DNA from: Anaerovoracaceae bacterium
GTDB lineage: Bacteria > Bacillota > Clostridia > Peptostreptococcales > Anaerovoracaceae
DNA: 64,000 bases
Assembly (NCBI GenBank): GCA_050953365.1
Contig: JBMNMN010000009.1
Span: 117,313-181,312 of the forward strand
Direction of reading: 5' to 3'
Under the pieces are notes generated by a model. It did not search any database and was not told the DNA's origin. It saw only the letters and a program-made list of their open reading frames with translations. Of this stretch, positions 48,930 through 58,478 are shown piece after piece (within the stretch, counting starts at the first letter, position 1; each line of letters begins with the position of its first letter). Both the position numbers and the translations under genes were made by a program.

Positions 48930-50942
48930 ATGAGAAATTTAGGAATGATCCGTGTAGCGGCCGTATCCCCCACGCTGAAAATAGGAAATACGGAATTCAA
49001 CAGCGATGAAATTTTACGATGCGCGGAAGCGGCCTATCGGGAAGGCGCCGGCATAATTGTCTTTCCGAGCCTTTGTATAACGGGCGCAACCTGTGGCGAT
49101 CTGTTCTTTCAGGATATTCTCTATGAGAATCAGCTGACGGCATTAAATAAAATTGCCCTCTCCACAAAAAAGATGAATGCGGCACTTGTAATCGGAATTT
49201 ATCTGCGGTCCGACAACCGTCTTTTCCAATGCGCTGCCCTATTGCAGAACGGACTTATTAAAGGTATTGTTCCCAAGTATTCTCCGTCAGGCGCAAAAGG
49301 TTCCGGCGACAGCCGGTGGTTCGCGCCCGGAGAAGAAGCGGAGAACCTCAGGGATTCCGTTACTCTCTTTGACTGTGAAATTCCTTTCGGAAAGTTGGTA
49401 TTTCGTGATCCGGAGAGCGGCATCGCCATCGGCATCGAAGTGGACGAGGATCTATATGCTCCCGTTTCTCCCGGCGCAAGACTTTGCCTTGCCGGCGCCC
49501 ATATTCTCTGCAATTCCGCCGCGAGTCGCGAGCTTGTCGGCTCCACCGCCCACAGACGCTATTCCGTTCTTCAAAAAAGCAGAGACTGTCTGTGCGGATA
49601 TATATACGCCTCGGCGGGTGCCTGGGAATCCTCATCGGACGGAGTTTTCAGCGGGCATTGCCTGATTACAGAGCGGGGCGTGCTGTTGAAAGAGGATTCA
49701 GGCCTATCCCTCGACACCAAGCTTACAATAACAGATATGGATTTTGAAAGACTGGTCAACGAGAGGGCAGGTGTCTCCGGCTTTTGCACCGCTCCTGCGG
49801 CGTCCATAAAGTCATCTGCACTTGCACAAGCGGCGGATGTCTCCACATCCGGCATATATCGGCAAGTGACCCTTCGGGTGCTTCCTCTGCTGAAAAATGA
49901 TGTTCCCCTCATGAGAACTTACTCAAAAACACCTTTCATTCCGGCCAATGATGCAACCGTGAGAGCCAACTGCCGCGAAGCTTTTGAAATCCAATCCGTC
50001 GCGCTGGCCAGACGCCTTGCGCATACCGGCTCAACGAAGGCGGTTCTTGGCATATCCGGCGGTCTCGATTCCACCTTGGCGCTTTTGGTGGCGGCAAAGG
50101 CCATGAAACTGTTAAATAAACCGGCCTCCGATATAATCGCTGTGACCATGCCCGGATTCGGAACCACTGACAAAACCTATACCAACGCCTTGGCCATGAT
50201 GGAGGCAATCGGTGCAGAAATCCGGGAAATACCCATAAAAGAAGCCGTCCTCTTGCATTTCAAAGACATTTCCCACGACCCCGAAAGGAAAGACTCTATC
50301 TACGAAAACTCTCAGGCAAGAGAACGAACACAAATATTGATGGACATCGCCAATATGGAAGGCGGTATCCACGTGGGTACGGGAGATCTTTCGGAAGGAG
50401 CCCTGGGCTGGAGTACCTTTAACGGAGACCATATGGCTATGTACAACGTCAACGCAGGGGTTCCGAAAACCGTCATCCGGGCTATGATTCAATGGTTCAT
50501 TCAATGTGTTCTCACGGGGCCGAACCAGGATTCATCCTTCTGCAAGGACAACGAAAAACTGGCTGCTGCCCTGCAGGATGTTCTGGAAACCCCGGTTTCC
50601 CCCGAACTCCTGCCTCCCGACGAGGAAGGGAAAATTGCACAAAAAACAGAAGACAAGGTGGGTCCCTATGTCCTCCACGACTTTTTCCTGTATCATACAG
50701 TCCGCTGGGGTACCTCTCCGGCTAAGCTGCTGGCAATCGCCAAAACCGCCTTTGCCGACGAATACGACGAAGATTTCATCCGCCACTGGCTGCAAGTTTT
50801 TTATCGCCGGTTCTTTGCGCATCAATTCAAGCGCAGCTGCGCTCCCGACGGCCCCAAGGTGGGTACCGTCAGCCTCTCCTCCAAAGGAGATTGGCAGATG
50901 CCCAGCGATGCGGATGTGAGCGATTGGCTGAAGGAACTATGA
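48930..50942 (+). CDS. nadE: glutamine-dependent NAD+ synthetase
   Basis: N-terminal CN-hydrolase domain and a C-terminal NAD synthetase PP-loop, GISGGLDS. Start moved to ATG 48930 (SD AAAGGAGAGG). Confidence 0.9.
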   Translation: MRNLGMIRVAAVSPTLKIGNTEFNSDEILRCAEAAYREGAGIIVFPSLCITGATCGDLFFQDILYENQLTALNKIALSTKKMNAALVIGIYLRSDNRLFQCAALLQNGLIKGIVPKYSPSGAKGSGDSRWFAPGEEAENLRDSVTLFDCEIPFGKLVFRDPESGIAIGIEVDEDLYAPVSPGARLCLAGAHILCNSAASRELVGSTAHRRYSVLQKSRDCLCGYIYASAGAWESSSDGVFSGHCLITERGVLLKEDSGLSLDTKLTITDMDFERLVNERAGVSGFCTAPAASIKSSALAQAADVSTSGIYRQVTLRVLPLLKNDVPLMRTYSKTPFIPANDATVRANCREAFEIQSVALARRLAHTGSTKAVLGISGGLDSTLALLVAAKAMKLLNKPASDIIAVTMPGFGTTDKTYTNALAMMEAIGAEIREIPIKEAVLLHFKDISHDPERKDSIYENSQARERTQILMDIANMEGGIHVGTGDLSEGALGWSTFNGDHMAMYNVNAGVPKTVIRAMIQWFIQCVLTGPNQDSSFCKDNEKLAAALQDVLETPVSPELLPPDEEGKIAQKTEDKVGPYVLHDFFLYHTVRWGTSPAKLLAIAKTAFADEYDEDFIRHWLQVFYRRFFAHQFKRSCAPDGPKVGTVSLSSKGDWQMPSDADVSDWLKEL

Positions 50943-50961
50943 AAAATGTAAGAAAACAACT

Positions 50962-50997
50962 GGAGGAACTATAATAAAGAGTTCCTCCTTGGTGTTT
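50962..50997 (+). terminator. terminator-like hairpin after nadE
   Basis: GGAGGAACT (50962..50970) / AGTTCCTCC (50980..50988), followed by TTGGTGTTT. Confidence 0.55.
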
Positions 50998-51073
50998 ATC
51001 CTTTGTGAATAAGGAAAGTTTAACTATTCGTGGATATTCTTCTATACTAATTAACTCAAATTAACTCAAAGAT

Positions 51074-51107
51074 AAAAACTCAGATCATATTCTGATTCTG
51101 AGTTTTT
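51074..51107. terminator. bidirectional terminator between nadE and the flavoprotein gene
   Basis: AAAAACTCAGA (51074..51084) / TCTGAGTTTTT (51097..51107). The A-tract and T-tract flank the stem on both strands. Confidence 0.65.
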
Positions 51108-51127
51108 ATCTTTGGGCTTGCTTCTTT

Positions 51128-51760
51128 CTATCGTATGAAATTCGTAAAGATCTTTGCCTCGAGTTCCGGTTCGGGTACAAGATCTCTTCCGCTCTCAACC
51201 AACTTCATAAGCCAGGCCATGTTGCGTCCCAGCACCCTCATGATTTGTTTTCCTTCCTCGTCCTGCAGAGCCTCTCCCGGCATCCGGCCGTAGATCACAT
51301 CCCAATAGTTTGAAGTCGCCATCAGCATTTCGGAGTAACTGATGTAATGGTTTAACTGGTCACAAGTGGCAACGCCGCCCGAGCGCCTGACTGCAACGAC
51401 CGCAGCGCCCACTTTATGCCGTAGCAACCCTTTATTAACGCCACATACATAGAATGCCCTGTCTAAGAAACTTTTCATGTTACCTGCGATGCCGGAGAAA
51501 TGTACGGGTGAACCGAAGAGGATCCCGTCAGCAGACTTCATTTTCTGTATCCACTCATTTACTTCATCGTGGATTGCGCATCGCTCATCTCTATTTTTTA
51601 CGCATTTGCCGCAGGCGATGCATCCGGAAAGAGTCTTATTTCCCACATGGATAATCTCCGTTTCGATCCCGGCCTTTTCCAGTTCTTCGGCAACCGTGCA
51701 GATTGCGTGATAGGTATTCCCCTCCCGTCTGGGGCTTCCGTTAAATGCTACGACTTTCAT
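51128..51760 (-). CDS. flavodoxin-fold NAD(P)H-dependent FMN reductase / iron-sulfur flavoprotein-like
   Basis: MKVVAFNGSPRREGNT N-terminus and a Cys cluster, SGCIACGKC. Start moved to ATG 51760 (SD AGGAGG). Confidence 0.7.
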   Translation of the reverse strand: MKVVAFNGSPRREGNTYHAICTVAEELEKAGIETEIIHVGNKTLSGCIACGKCVKNRDERCAIHDEVNEWIQKMKSADGILFGSPVHFSGIAGNMKSFLDRAFYVCGVNKGLLRHKVGAAVVAVRRSGGVATCDQLNHYISYSEMLMATSNYWDVIYGRMPGEALQDEEGKQIMRVLGRNMAWLMKLVESGRDLVPEPELEAKIFTNFIR

Positions 51761-51777
51761 GTTCTCGTCCTCCTGAA

Positions 51778-52812
51778 TTATTCCGTCTGCAGGCACTCTC
51801 TGAATTTCTGCAACACGAAATCTATGTCATCTCTTGTGACATCCACGTTGGTCACAAAACGCCATTCACCGTCTTCCGGACCGCTGATCTTGATTCCGTT
51901 TTCAAAGAAATGGTCAATCAACTTTTGGGCGGGAACCACTTCGGGGCCCATCTCAAAGAATACCATGTTGATATCGAGCCGGTCGGCTCTGACTTTTACT
52001 CCCGGGATGCGGGAGAGTTGGTCGGCTAAATATGCCGCGTTTTCATGGTCCACATGAAGACGCTCCGTCATCTTCTCCAAAGCAATAATGCCCGCGGCGG
52101 CAAGTATACCCGTCTGACGCATTCCGCCACCCATGAGCTTCCTGTTTTTTCTCGCTTTCTCTATGAATTGTTTCGTCCCTGCCACCATGGACCCAACGGG
52201 AGCTGCCAGCCCCTTTGAAAGGCAGAACATGACGGAATCGGCGCAAGCCGCTATTTCCTTCGCGTCTACCCCGAGAGCCGTCGCCGCGTTGAAGATTCTG
52301 GCGCCGTCCATGTGAACCGGAATGCCGTATTTTTCTCCGATTTCCTTAATGGCCCGAAGATTCTCAACGGGAATCGCCGTTCCTAGACCATGGGCATTTT
52401 CGACACATATCAATCCGGTGTGCGGATAGTGAATATCGTCTTCCGGACGGATTGCCGCTTCCACCTGAGCGGGGTCCAACATGCCGTTTTTACTGTCGAG
52501 GGTGCGAAGCTGCACACCTGCGATAACCGCGGCGCTGCCCACTTCGTGAAGTACTATGTGGCAGTCTTTGCCCAGAATTACCTCATCGCCTCGAAGAGTA
52601 TGAGTCAGAACGCAGAGCTGGTTTCCAAAGGTTCCGCTGGGAACGAATAGAGCGGCTTCTTTTCCCACCATCTCCGCCGCCAGCTCCTGCAAGCGATTTA
52701 ACGTAGGGTCATCCTCATAAACATCGTCGCCCACTTCCGCTTCGGCCATGGCTTTCCGCATCTCTTCCGTGGGCATGGTAACAGTGTCGCTTCTTAAATC
52801 AATGTATCTCAT
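51778..52812 (-). CDS. ltaE: low-specificity L-threonine aldolase (beta-eliminating lyase family)
   Basis: N-terminal IDLRSDTVT motif and PLP-fold blocks. Start moved to ATG 52812 (SD AAGGAGGAG). Confidence 0.8.
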   Translation of the reverse strand: MRYIDLRSDTVTMPTEEMRKAMAEAEVGDDVYEDDPTLNRLQELAAEMVGKEAALFVPSGTFGNQLCVLTHTLRGDEVILGKDCHIVLHEVGSAAVIAGVQLRTLDSKNGMLDPAQVEAAIRPEDDIHYPHTGLICVENAHGLGTAIPVENLRAIKEIGEKYGIPVHMDGARIFNAATALGVDAKEIAACADSVMFCLSKGLAAPVGSMVAGTKQFIEKARKNRKLMGGGMRQTGILAAAGIIALEKMTERLHVDHENAAYLADQLSRIPGVKVRADRLDINMVFFEMGPEVVPAQKLIDHFFENGIKISGPEDGEWRFVTNVDVTRDDIDFVLQKFRECLQTE

Positions 52813-52951
52813 TTTCTCCTCCTTATGGAGGGTTCTCCTGCTTTGGGTTCCGGGACCATGCGCCCGCTTCCAAAGCACCGGAAAACTCTCTGCACTAATA
52901 AGAAAATGATATCACATACGCGTTTGCGTATCAATACAAGGCATTTCTTGA

Positions 52952-54504
52952 GACGGTGTCAAGTTGTTGTGGAGTTTTTGCTTGACAACTCTCCCGATGT
53001 TATGCAACCAAACCCCGTTGCCGACCATAAGACCGGATCAGGATCTGTGTTGCAGTATTGACTGCCGGATTGTATTGTTCTTTTTCGAATATACTCCAGT
53101 CCCAACAACCATGAATTGCATTTTGTAGCCGTTTTTCCCCATACTCCTTTAGAATGCTCCTGTTTTTTTCGTCTTCAGGTCGTCTGAAATCCTTTCCTGA
53201 AACGCTGCAACCGTTTCTTGTGTAGACTCTAAGTTCTGCCATCTTGTTTAGACCGGCTTCGCTCCAACCCATAGGATTTCTGCTTAATCTCTCCGAATAC
53301 ACATGACTTACTAAACCTTCTGTGCAGCTACCTATGATATCTTTTGTATATCTTCGCACAATTCCGTCCCAATTGTTTACAACATAACGGAGGAAGTTTC
53401 GAACCCGCTTCTCTTGCTTTGGTCCCTTGCAAAGAGACAGCATTTCTCGAATGAGGCTTGTCACTTTTTCCAGGCTCTTCTCTTGAACCGCCTGCCTTAT
53501 ACGGTGTCGGTAATTTTGTTTCGGAAAGGCCGCTGTCGCTTGTTTTAAGTGCTTCTCAAAGTGAAATCCATCCATAACATAGTGACAGTCGGCAAGCTCC
53601 TCCATTCCTTGCTTGATCCATGGAGCCCCATCACCATGAAGATAGATTCTCTCGATTTGATTTTCTTCATAAGCTTGTGAGATGTACCCGCCTACCGTTT
53701 CCCAAGCCTCTTTTGTTTGATGAATGGTGGAGGTAAAGTGTACCGGATTCATCAGGACATTTCGCCCTTTATGGACGGCTTGGATTCCTTCACTTAACGT
53801 AATCAATGGAACCATGCGGTTTTTACCTTCCTGTAGATGAACGTGGTCTTCATCGGCAAAAATATGTAGTTCCGATGCGACTCGCTTTTCTTTAGGGGCT
53901 GCCTTTTCCAGTTTTCCCACTGCTCTCAACTTATTCTTTACCGTCTGGCGGCTCACTTCACCGTTGGTTACTATCTTCGTACTCTTTTCATAGGAAACCT
54001 CTGCCGATTGTTCCACTAGGCGGGCGCTCACATTGGCACTCACTCGTTCATAGGCGTATATACCAATTATGAAATCCAACGGATATACATAGGCACCTTT
54101 TGCCTTTTCGTAATAGTAGTCTCGTTCTATGTCGATTCGACCTACCTCCGTCAGAAGACTCCTTTGCCGGTCTTTTTCTTTTAGAACAAGCCCCTGCTCT
54201 TTTCGAAATGCCTTGTCCGCTCTAAGTTCTTCATTCAATTGCTTCACGATTCCCGATATCAGGGCTCGAACGCTTTCTTTGCAAAGACCCAGGGCATCAG
54301 ATGCAAACTGATCTATATCGGATATGCCTCCTTCTTCAATCCGTTTGCAAATATTTCTTCCCAATTCCGCAATGATTTGTTGTACAATAGTTTCCACAGA
54401 GATCTTCCCTCCTTGTTTGTGTTTTGTTGCTGAAACTATTTTAACACAGGAGAGTTGATCTCTGTTTCTTTCCTTTAAAAACTCCACAACTATTTTACAC
54501 TATC
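52952..54504 (-). mobile_element. ISLre2-family insertion sequence, copy B
   Basis: 1553 bp, near-identical to 22108..23660. 9-bp TSD ATTTCTTGA at 52943..52951 and 54505..54513. Confidence 0.9.
53000..54487 (-). CDS. ISLre2-family transposase
   Basis: 495 aa, with one residue different from the copy at 22156..23643 (GLVLKEK versus GLILKEK). Confidence 0.75.
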   Translation of the reverse strand: MEFLKERNRDQLSCVKIVSATKHKQGGKISVETIVQQIIAELGRNICKRIEEGGISDIDQFASDALGLCKESVRALISGIVKQLNEELRADKAFRKEQGLVLKEKDRQRSLLTEVGRIDIERDYYYEKAKGAYVYPLDFIIGIYAYERVSANVSARLVEQSAEVSYEKSTKIVTNGEVSRQTVKNKLRAVGKLEKAAPKEKRVASELHIFADEDHVHLQEGKNRMVPLITLSEGIQAVHKGRNVLMNPVHFTSTIHQTKEAWETVGGYISQAYEENQIERIYLHGDGAPWIKQGMEELADCHYVMDGFHFEKHLKQATAAFPKQNYRHRIRQAVQEKSLEKVTSLIREMLSLCKGPKQEKRVRNFLRYVVNNWDGIVRRYTKDIIGSCTEGLVSHVYSERLSRNPMGWSEAGLNKMAELRVYTRNGCSVSGKDFRRPEDEKNRSILKEYGEKRLQNAIHGCWDWSIFEKEQYNPAVNTATQILIRSYGRQRGLVA

Positions 54505-54513
54505 ATTTCTTGA

Positions 54514-56481
54514 GTTAGTGTCAAGTAATCGTTGGCAAGTTTTGTCCATACAAGTTTCCTGTGATGTTTTGATGGATATTCCGCATTTATTCCACGGTCC
54601 TGTTTACATGGGGCCCCTGTCCCTCTGGACCCCCTTTTTTTAGGCAGAAATAACCCGCTTCTGTCGGGCGTCATTTCTGCCGCCGAGAGTTTACCAGAGG
54701 GACAGCCCCAAATAAACAGGCTTTCGCGGCATAAACGCTCTTTTTAAGGCGCAGGGTAGCAGTAGCAGCTTCATTGTGTAGAGTGTGGGCAACGTGTCTT
54801 TTGTTGTCCAAGCCTTGTGCGTCAACCTTTTAGGTTGTCCACATGGCGGCACTATCCATAGTATGGTTGGTTTGTTCGTAATTTTGCTTCCGCCTGCCGG
54901 CTATCCATCTTACCGATAAATCAGTTCACTGCTAACTCTATCATTTAGCAGATTGATAATCGCTTTACGGCCGTTTGTTACGAATGTACTGTTAAAGGGC
55001 TTGCCTCCTCTAACTGGGTAAAGATAGCCTTGCCCATCCGTCTTCGGAGCTTTTGCTGCACTTAGGATTTCCTCTATCTCTTGCGTATACCGCTCCGGCA
55101 ATTCCACCTTTGATAAGGACGTTACGGCTTGATGAAGCTTTCCACATACTTTCTTGCACAAGATACGTCCTAGGTTTGATGCACCTTGCTTGCTCCAACT
55201 GGCTTTCTGATGCTTCATCCGCTTCGCTGCACCATCACATACATGGTGCTCCATTGTTCCAAGATTTCGGTATTCTACACCCACCGGTGGCGATGGTAGT
55301 TTCAACCCTCTTTCCTGATAGGGAATGAGACCTTCCTGATTGCTTCTGAAGTATTGATAAAGCTTCAGAAGCTTCTTCTGTTCATCCGGCTCCTCTTCCT
55401 GTTCCCCGATCCATCTTAAATATTGCAATAGCTCTGCAATCCTCTTTTCCGAAAGCAATTTGTGTATGATCTTTCTCTGCTCTACATTCTTTACTTTCCT
55501 TAGGATCTCACGGTTCTTGTGGAATGGGTCCAGCTGGAAATGTACATCTTCATCCACAAGCCCTCCCTTGATCCACTCTCCTCCATCTCCGTTTAGAATG
55601 CGTATTTCAATTTCATCGGTGTTGAATACGGAAGCGATGGCTCCTTCCTTCTTTTTTTGAAAGGATCCTGCATCTTCGAAGCCGCAAACCATTATCTTGT
55701 TTCGCAGGGAATAACGTCTTTCCGACTCCTTTTCCCATCCATCATAGGCTACTGCCATCTTCATCTCACGTTTCCTTGCATTTTCCGGACGGTCTTTCCC
55801 CTGCATATTGATCCAAACGCCATCCGCTTCTTCAAACAGTATGGCTGTGGTTATCTCACCTTTTCCTTCACCTTTTTCCGCCTTCTGCGCTTCGGCTTTC
55901 TCTACTTTCTCTAGCTTCTCGCCCAAGTCCTGTATCACATTCCAGGCACCTCCGTGGCTAATTGCTTGCCCTGTCATGCTGCTCACTTTATCCGCTGTTT
56001 CCCGGTAAGAACAGACACTTACACTCTCGGCGATCCTTGTTGCGAGATTCCTTGTCACTTTCCCAAAGGTAGCCATTTTCAACACTTCATCCAACAGGTA
56101 AACGCAGGCTTTTTCACCCGTTTCAAGGGTTGTCTCATATACGGTTCTATCATAGGTAACCTCACCCATTAGTGTTTTTAATGTTGTAGCCCGGCTGCCC
56201 TTATGCCGATACGTCTTTTTATCCCTGCTTTCTGCAAGTTGTTTATCCATCTGCTTTAGCACTTCTTCCATCAGGCTTGCTGCATACTCGCATCCAATTC
56301 GGAAAATCTCTTTCTCTAAAGTATTGAAGTCTAGTTCCTTCTCTGATAATATAGTTTTCATCATACAAGCCTCCTGTTGGTTGTTGTCACAAACTTATCT
56401 TACAGGAATTCTTGTATGAGGGGAAGGGGGCTTTGCTCTCTTCCTTTTTTCTTTCTTTGCCAACTAAAATTATACTCTAAG
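54514..56481 (-). mobile_element. ISLre2-family insertion sequence, diverged type (element C)
   Basis: 1968 bp. Ends are GTTAGTGTCAAGTAATCGTTGGCAAG and the rc of the right end, CTTAGAGTATAATTTTAGTTGGCAAA. Flanked by ATTTCTTGA at 54505..54513 and 56482..56490. Confidence 0.8.
54910..56364 (-). CDS. ISLre2-family (UPF0236) transposase
   Basis: 484 aa. The N-terminal pattern LEKEIFRIGCEYA...SRDKKTYRHKGSRATTLKTLMGEVTYDRTVY is characteristic of ISLre2-type transposases. Confidence 0.85.
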   Translation of the reverse strand: MMKTILSEKELDFNTLEKEIFRIGCEYAASLMEEVLKQMDKQLAESRDKKTYRHKGSRATTLKTLMGEVTYDRTVYETTLETGEKACVYLLDEVLKMATFGKVTRNLATRIAESVSVCSYRETADKVSSMTGQAISHGGAWNVIQDLGEKLEKVEKAEAQKAEKGEGKGEITTAILFEEADGVWINMQGKDRPENARKREMKMAVAYDGWEKESERRYSLRNKIMVCGFEDAGSFQKKKEGAIASVFNTDEIEIRILNGDGGEWIKGGLVDEDVHFQLDPFHKNREILRKVKNVEQRKIIHKLLSEKRIAELLQYLRWIGEQEEEPDEQKKLLKLYQYFRSNQEGLIPYQERGLKLPSPPVGVEYRNLGTMEHHVCDGAAKRMKHQKASWSKQGASNLGRILCKKVCGKLHQAVTSLSKVELPERYTQEIEEILSAAKAPKTDGQGYLYPVRGGKPFNSTFVTNGRKAIINLLNDRVSSELIYR

Positions 56482-56485
56482 ATTT

Positions 56486-58067
56486 CTTGAGTTTCCGCAG
56501 ATTTCCCTGCCATTTCTATGGAGAGCCTCGGAAGTATAGATCTTTCTTATAGAAACTTTGAAAAATGCCTAAAAAACAAGGAATCCTATCCCTTTTTGTA
56601 GTAAAATTAAGCTATGAAGAAAAACCTTACTAAACAAAAAACGGAGGATTCCTTATGACTAATTTTACTACAAATACTTACACTTTGAAACGTGAAATCT
56701 TAAACTTTTCAAATAAAGTTTCTCAATGTCTTTCCAAGCCCGATCGAAAGTTTACTGCCGACATCACCTATGGTATGTTGGCTTCCGGCAGCTGTCTTCT
56801 GACCGATGTTGCAGACCAACTTCATGAGGATTCCAAGAAAATTAACAGTGTGGAAAGGCTATCTCGCCATCTAAACAAAGGCGTTCCAAAAGAAGCCTTA
56901 CGCTCGTATCTCCACATCGTCCGCAAATGGGTTGCCGATGAGCCGGTGGTTCATCTGGATGACAGTGATGTCGTCAAACCGGATGGCTACAAATTCGAAG
57001 CTCTGGGCCTTGTTCGGGATGGATCCCAAAGCTCTAGTGCGAAAAATGTCTATGAAAAAGGCTATCATGTGACAGAAGCCTGTGTTCTGACGAAAAGCAA
57101 TCATCCCATCAGTATTTATTCTAAAATCCATTCCTCGCAGGAGAAGAGCTTCACTTCCGTTAATACGATTACTTTTGAAGCGATGGAGCGTGCAAAGGCA
57201 CTGTTTGGCAAAGCCACTTTTGTCATGGACAAGGGCTATGATGACAACAAGATGTTCTTAAAGCTTGATTCCTTGGAGCAGGATTACGTCATTCGCCTTA
57301 CTGCCAAAAGGAAACTCCTTTTCCACAACAAATGGGTGCCCGCCACAGAACTGCGAAACCGTAGAAAAGGCAAAATCAAAATGCCTGTATTTTACAGGGG
57401 CAAGCAGCATCAGGCATATTTATCCCATGTAAAGGTTCAAATCACCGCATCCAGAAAGGACATCAATCTGGTTCTTGTCTATGGCATCACAGAGCATCCG
57501 ATGATGCTGGCAACAAACAAGGAACTGAAGTCCAAGGATGATGTGGTTCGGATTGCAAGGCTTTATTTCTCTCGCTGGCGCATTGAGGAATACTTCCGTT
57601 GCAAGAAGCAGGTTTTCCAGTTTGAGAATTTCCGTGTTCGCAAGCTTGTGGCTATCAATGCGCTCAACTTCTACATCACTTTGTGCATGGCCTTTTTCGC
57701 ATCCATTTCCATGAAATCCGAAACAAATGCCCTCAAAGTTTCAATTTTACAGATAGCAGCTCCCATTCGGCAAAAAGTCCAATTCCACTATTACCGATTC
57801 GCCAAGGGTATCTCCGGCATACTCTCCTATGCAAAAGAAGGCGTCAGGCTTTGGTTCAAAACAGAACGTCCTGTATACCGCCAGCTTAGCTTTAAGTTAA
57901 TCGCTTAAGCGGATAGATAATACGGTTCACGCAAGTCCGGTCTCTGACGGGGCTTATTAGTCGTGGCTGTTTTGGCTTCTTTCTCCTCCGCTTCTCCTTG
58001 CTAAGCCCTAAATTGTTTACTTTATATGATTTGTTCACTTTCTAACTGCAATCTGCGGAAACTCAAG
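56486..58067 (+). mobile_element. IS4-family insertion sequence, copy 2 (complete)
   Basis: 1582 bp. 17-bp perfect IRs CTTGAGTTTCCGCAGAT (56486..56502) / ATCTGCGGAAACTCAAG (58051..58067). Confidence 0.9.
56655..57908 (+). CDS. IS4-family DDE transposase
   Basis: 417 aa, with two residues different from the copy at 35..1288 (VMDKGYDD versus VMDRGYDD; FENF versus FEKF). Confidence 0.85.
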   Translation: MTNFTTNTYTLKREILNFSNKVSQCLSKPDRKFTADITYGMLASGSCLLTDVADQLHEDSKKINSVERLSRHLNKGVPKEALRSYLHIVRKWVADEPVVHLDDSDVVKPDGYKFEALGLVRDGSQSSSAKNVYEKGYHVTEACVLTKSNHPISIYSKIHSSQEKSFTSVNTITFEAMERAKALFGKATFVMDKGYDDNKMFLKLDSLEQDYVIRLTAKRKLLFHNKWVPATELRNRRKGKIKMPVFYRGKQHQAYLSHVKVQITASRKDINLVLVYGITEHPMMLATNKELKSKDDVVRIARLYFSRWRIEEYFRCKKQVFQFENFRVRKLVAINALNFYITLCMAFFASISMKSETNALKVSILQIAAPIRQKVQFHYYRFAKGISGILSYAKEGVRLWFKTERPVYRQLSFKLIA

Positions 58068-58394
58068 CAGTGTAATTTTCACGGTTTGCGCATTTTGGCA
58101 TTGAGAGGCACTTGTAAAAGGTGTCCGACACTAAATACAAGTGGCCGGTTGTAAAAAGTGTCTGACACCTTTTACAACACTGCGACTGCCACTCGGCTAA
58201 TAGGTTGCGGCTGCCTCATGCCTCAAGTCAGTTTAAAAATTGCGGATTAACACAAAGGCGACCCAAATTTGCTTTGAGAGATCTTGAGAATGCAGCAATT
58301 ACCCCCGCCCCCGATTTTGGGAATTTACACATTACGCGGATATAACTGGGACGCTTCTGACAGGAAGACGTTTTGTTGTCCCCTGCCAGAGTGG

Positions 58395-58438
58395 CAAACG
58401 AAACGGAAAGGCGGCTATTCATTATTTGAATAGCCGCC
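58395..58438 (-). terminator. intrinsic terminator after the SLH-protein gene
   Basis: Perfect 12-bp stem GGCGGCTATTCA / TGAATAGCCGCC (58410..58438) with a 5-nt loop. On the minus strand it is followed by TTTCCGTTTCGTTT. Confidence 0.75.
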
Positions 58439-58478
58439 ATTTGAATAGCCACCGTCCCCCTGCCGCGTGGCGTGTGTC

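Noticed and set aside
1-58067. Composite transposon formed by the two IS4 copies
   Set aside because: The intervening 55 kb is core housekeeping DNA (aaRS genes, ftsH, glmS, radA and others). The pair is better explained as independent insertions with inversion potential.
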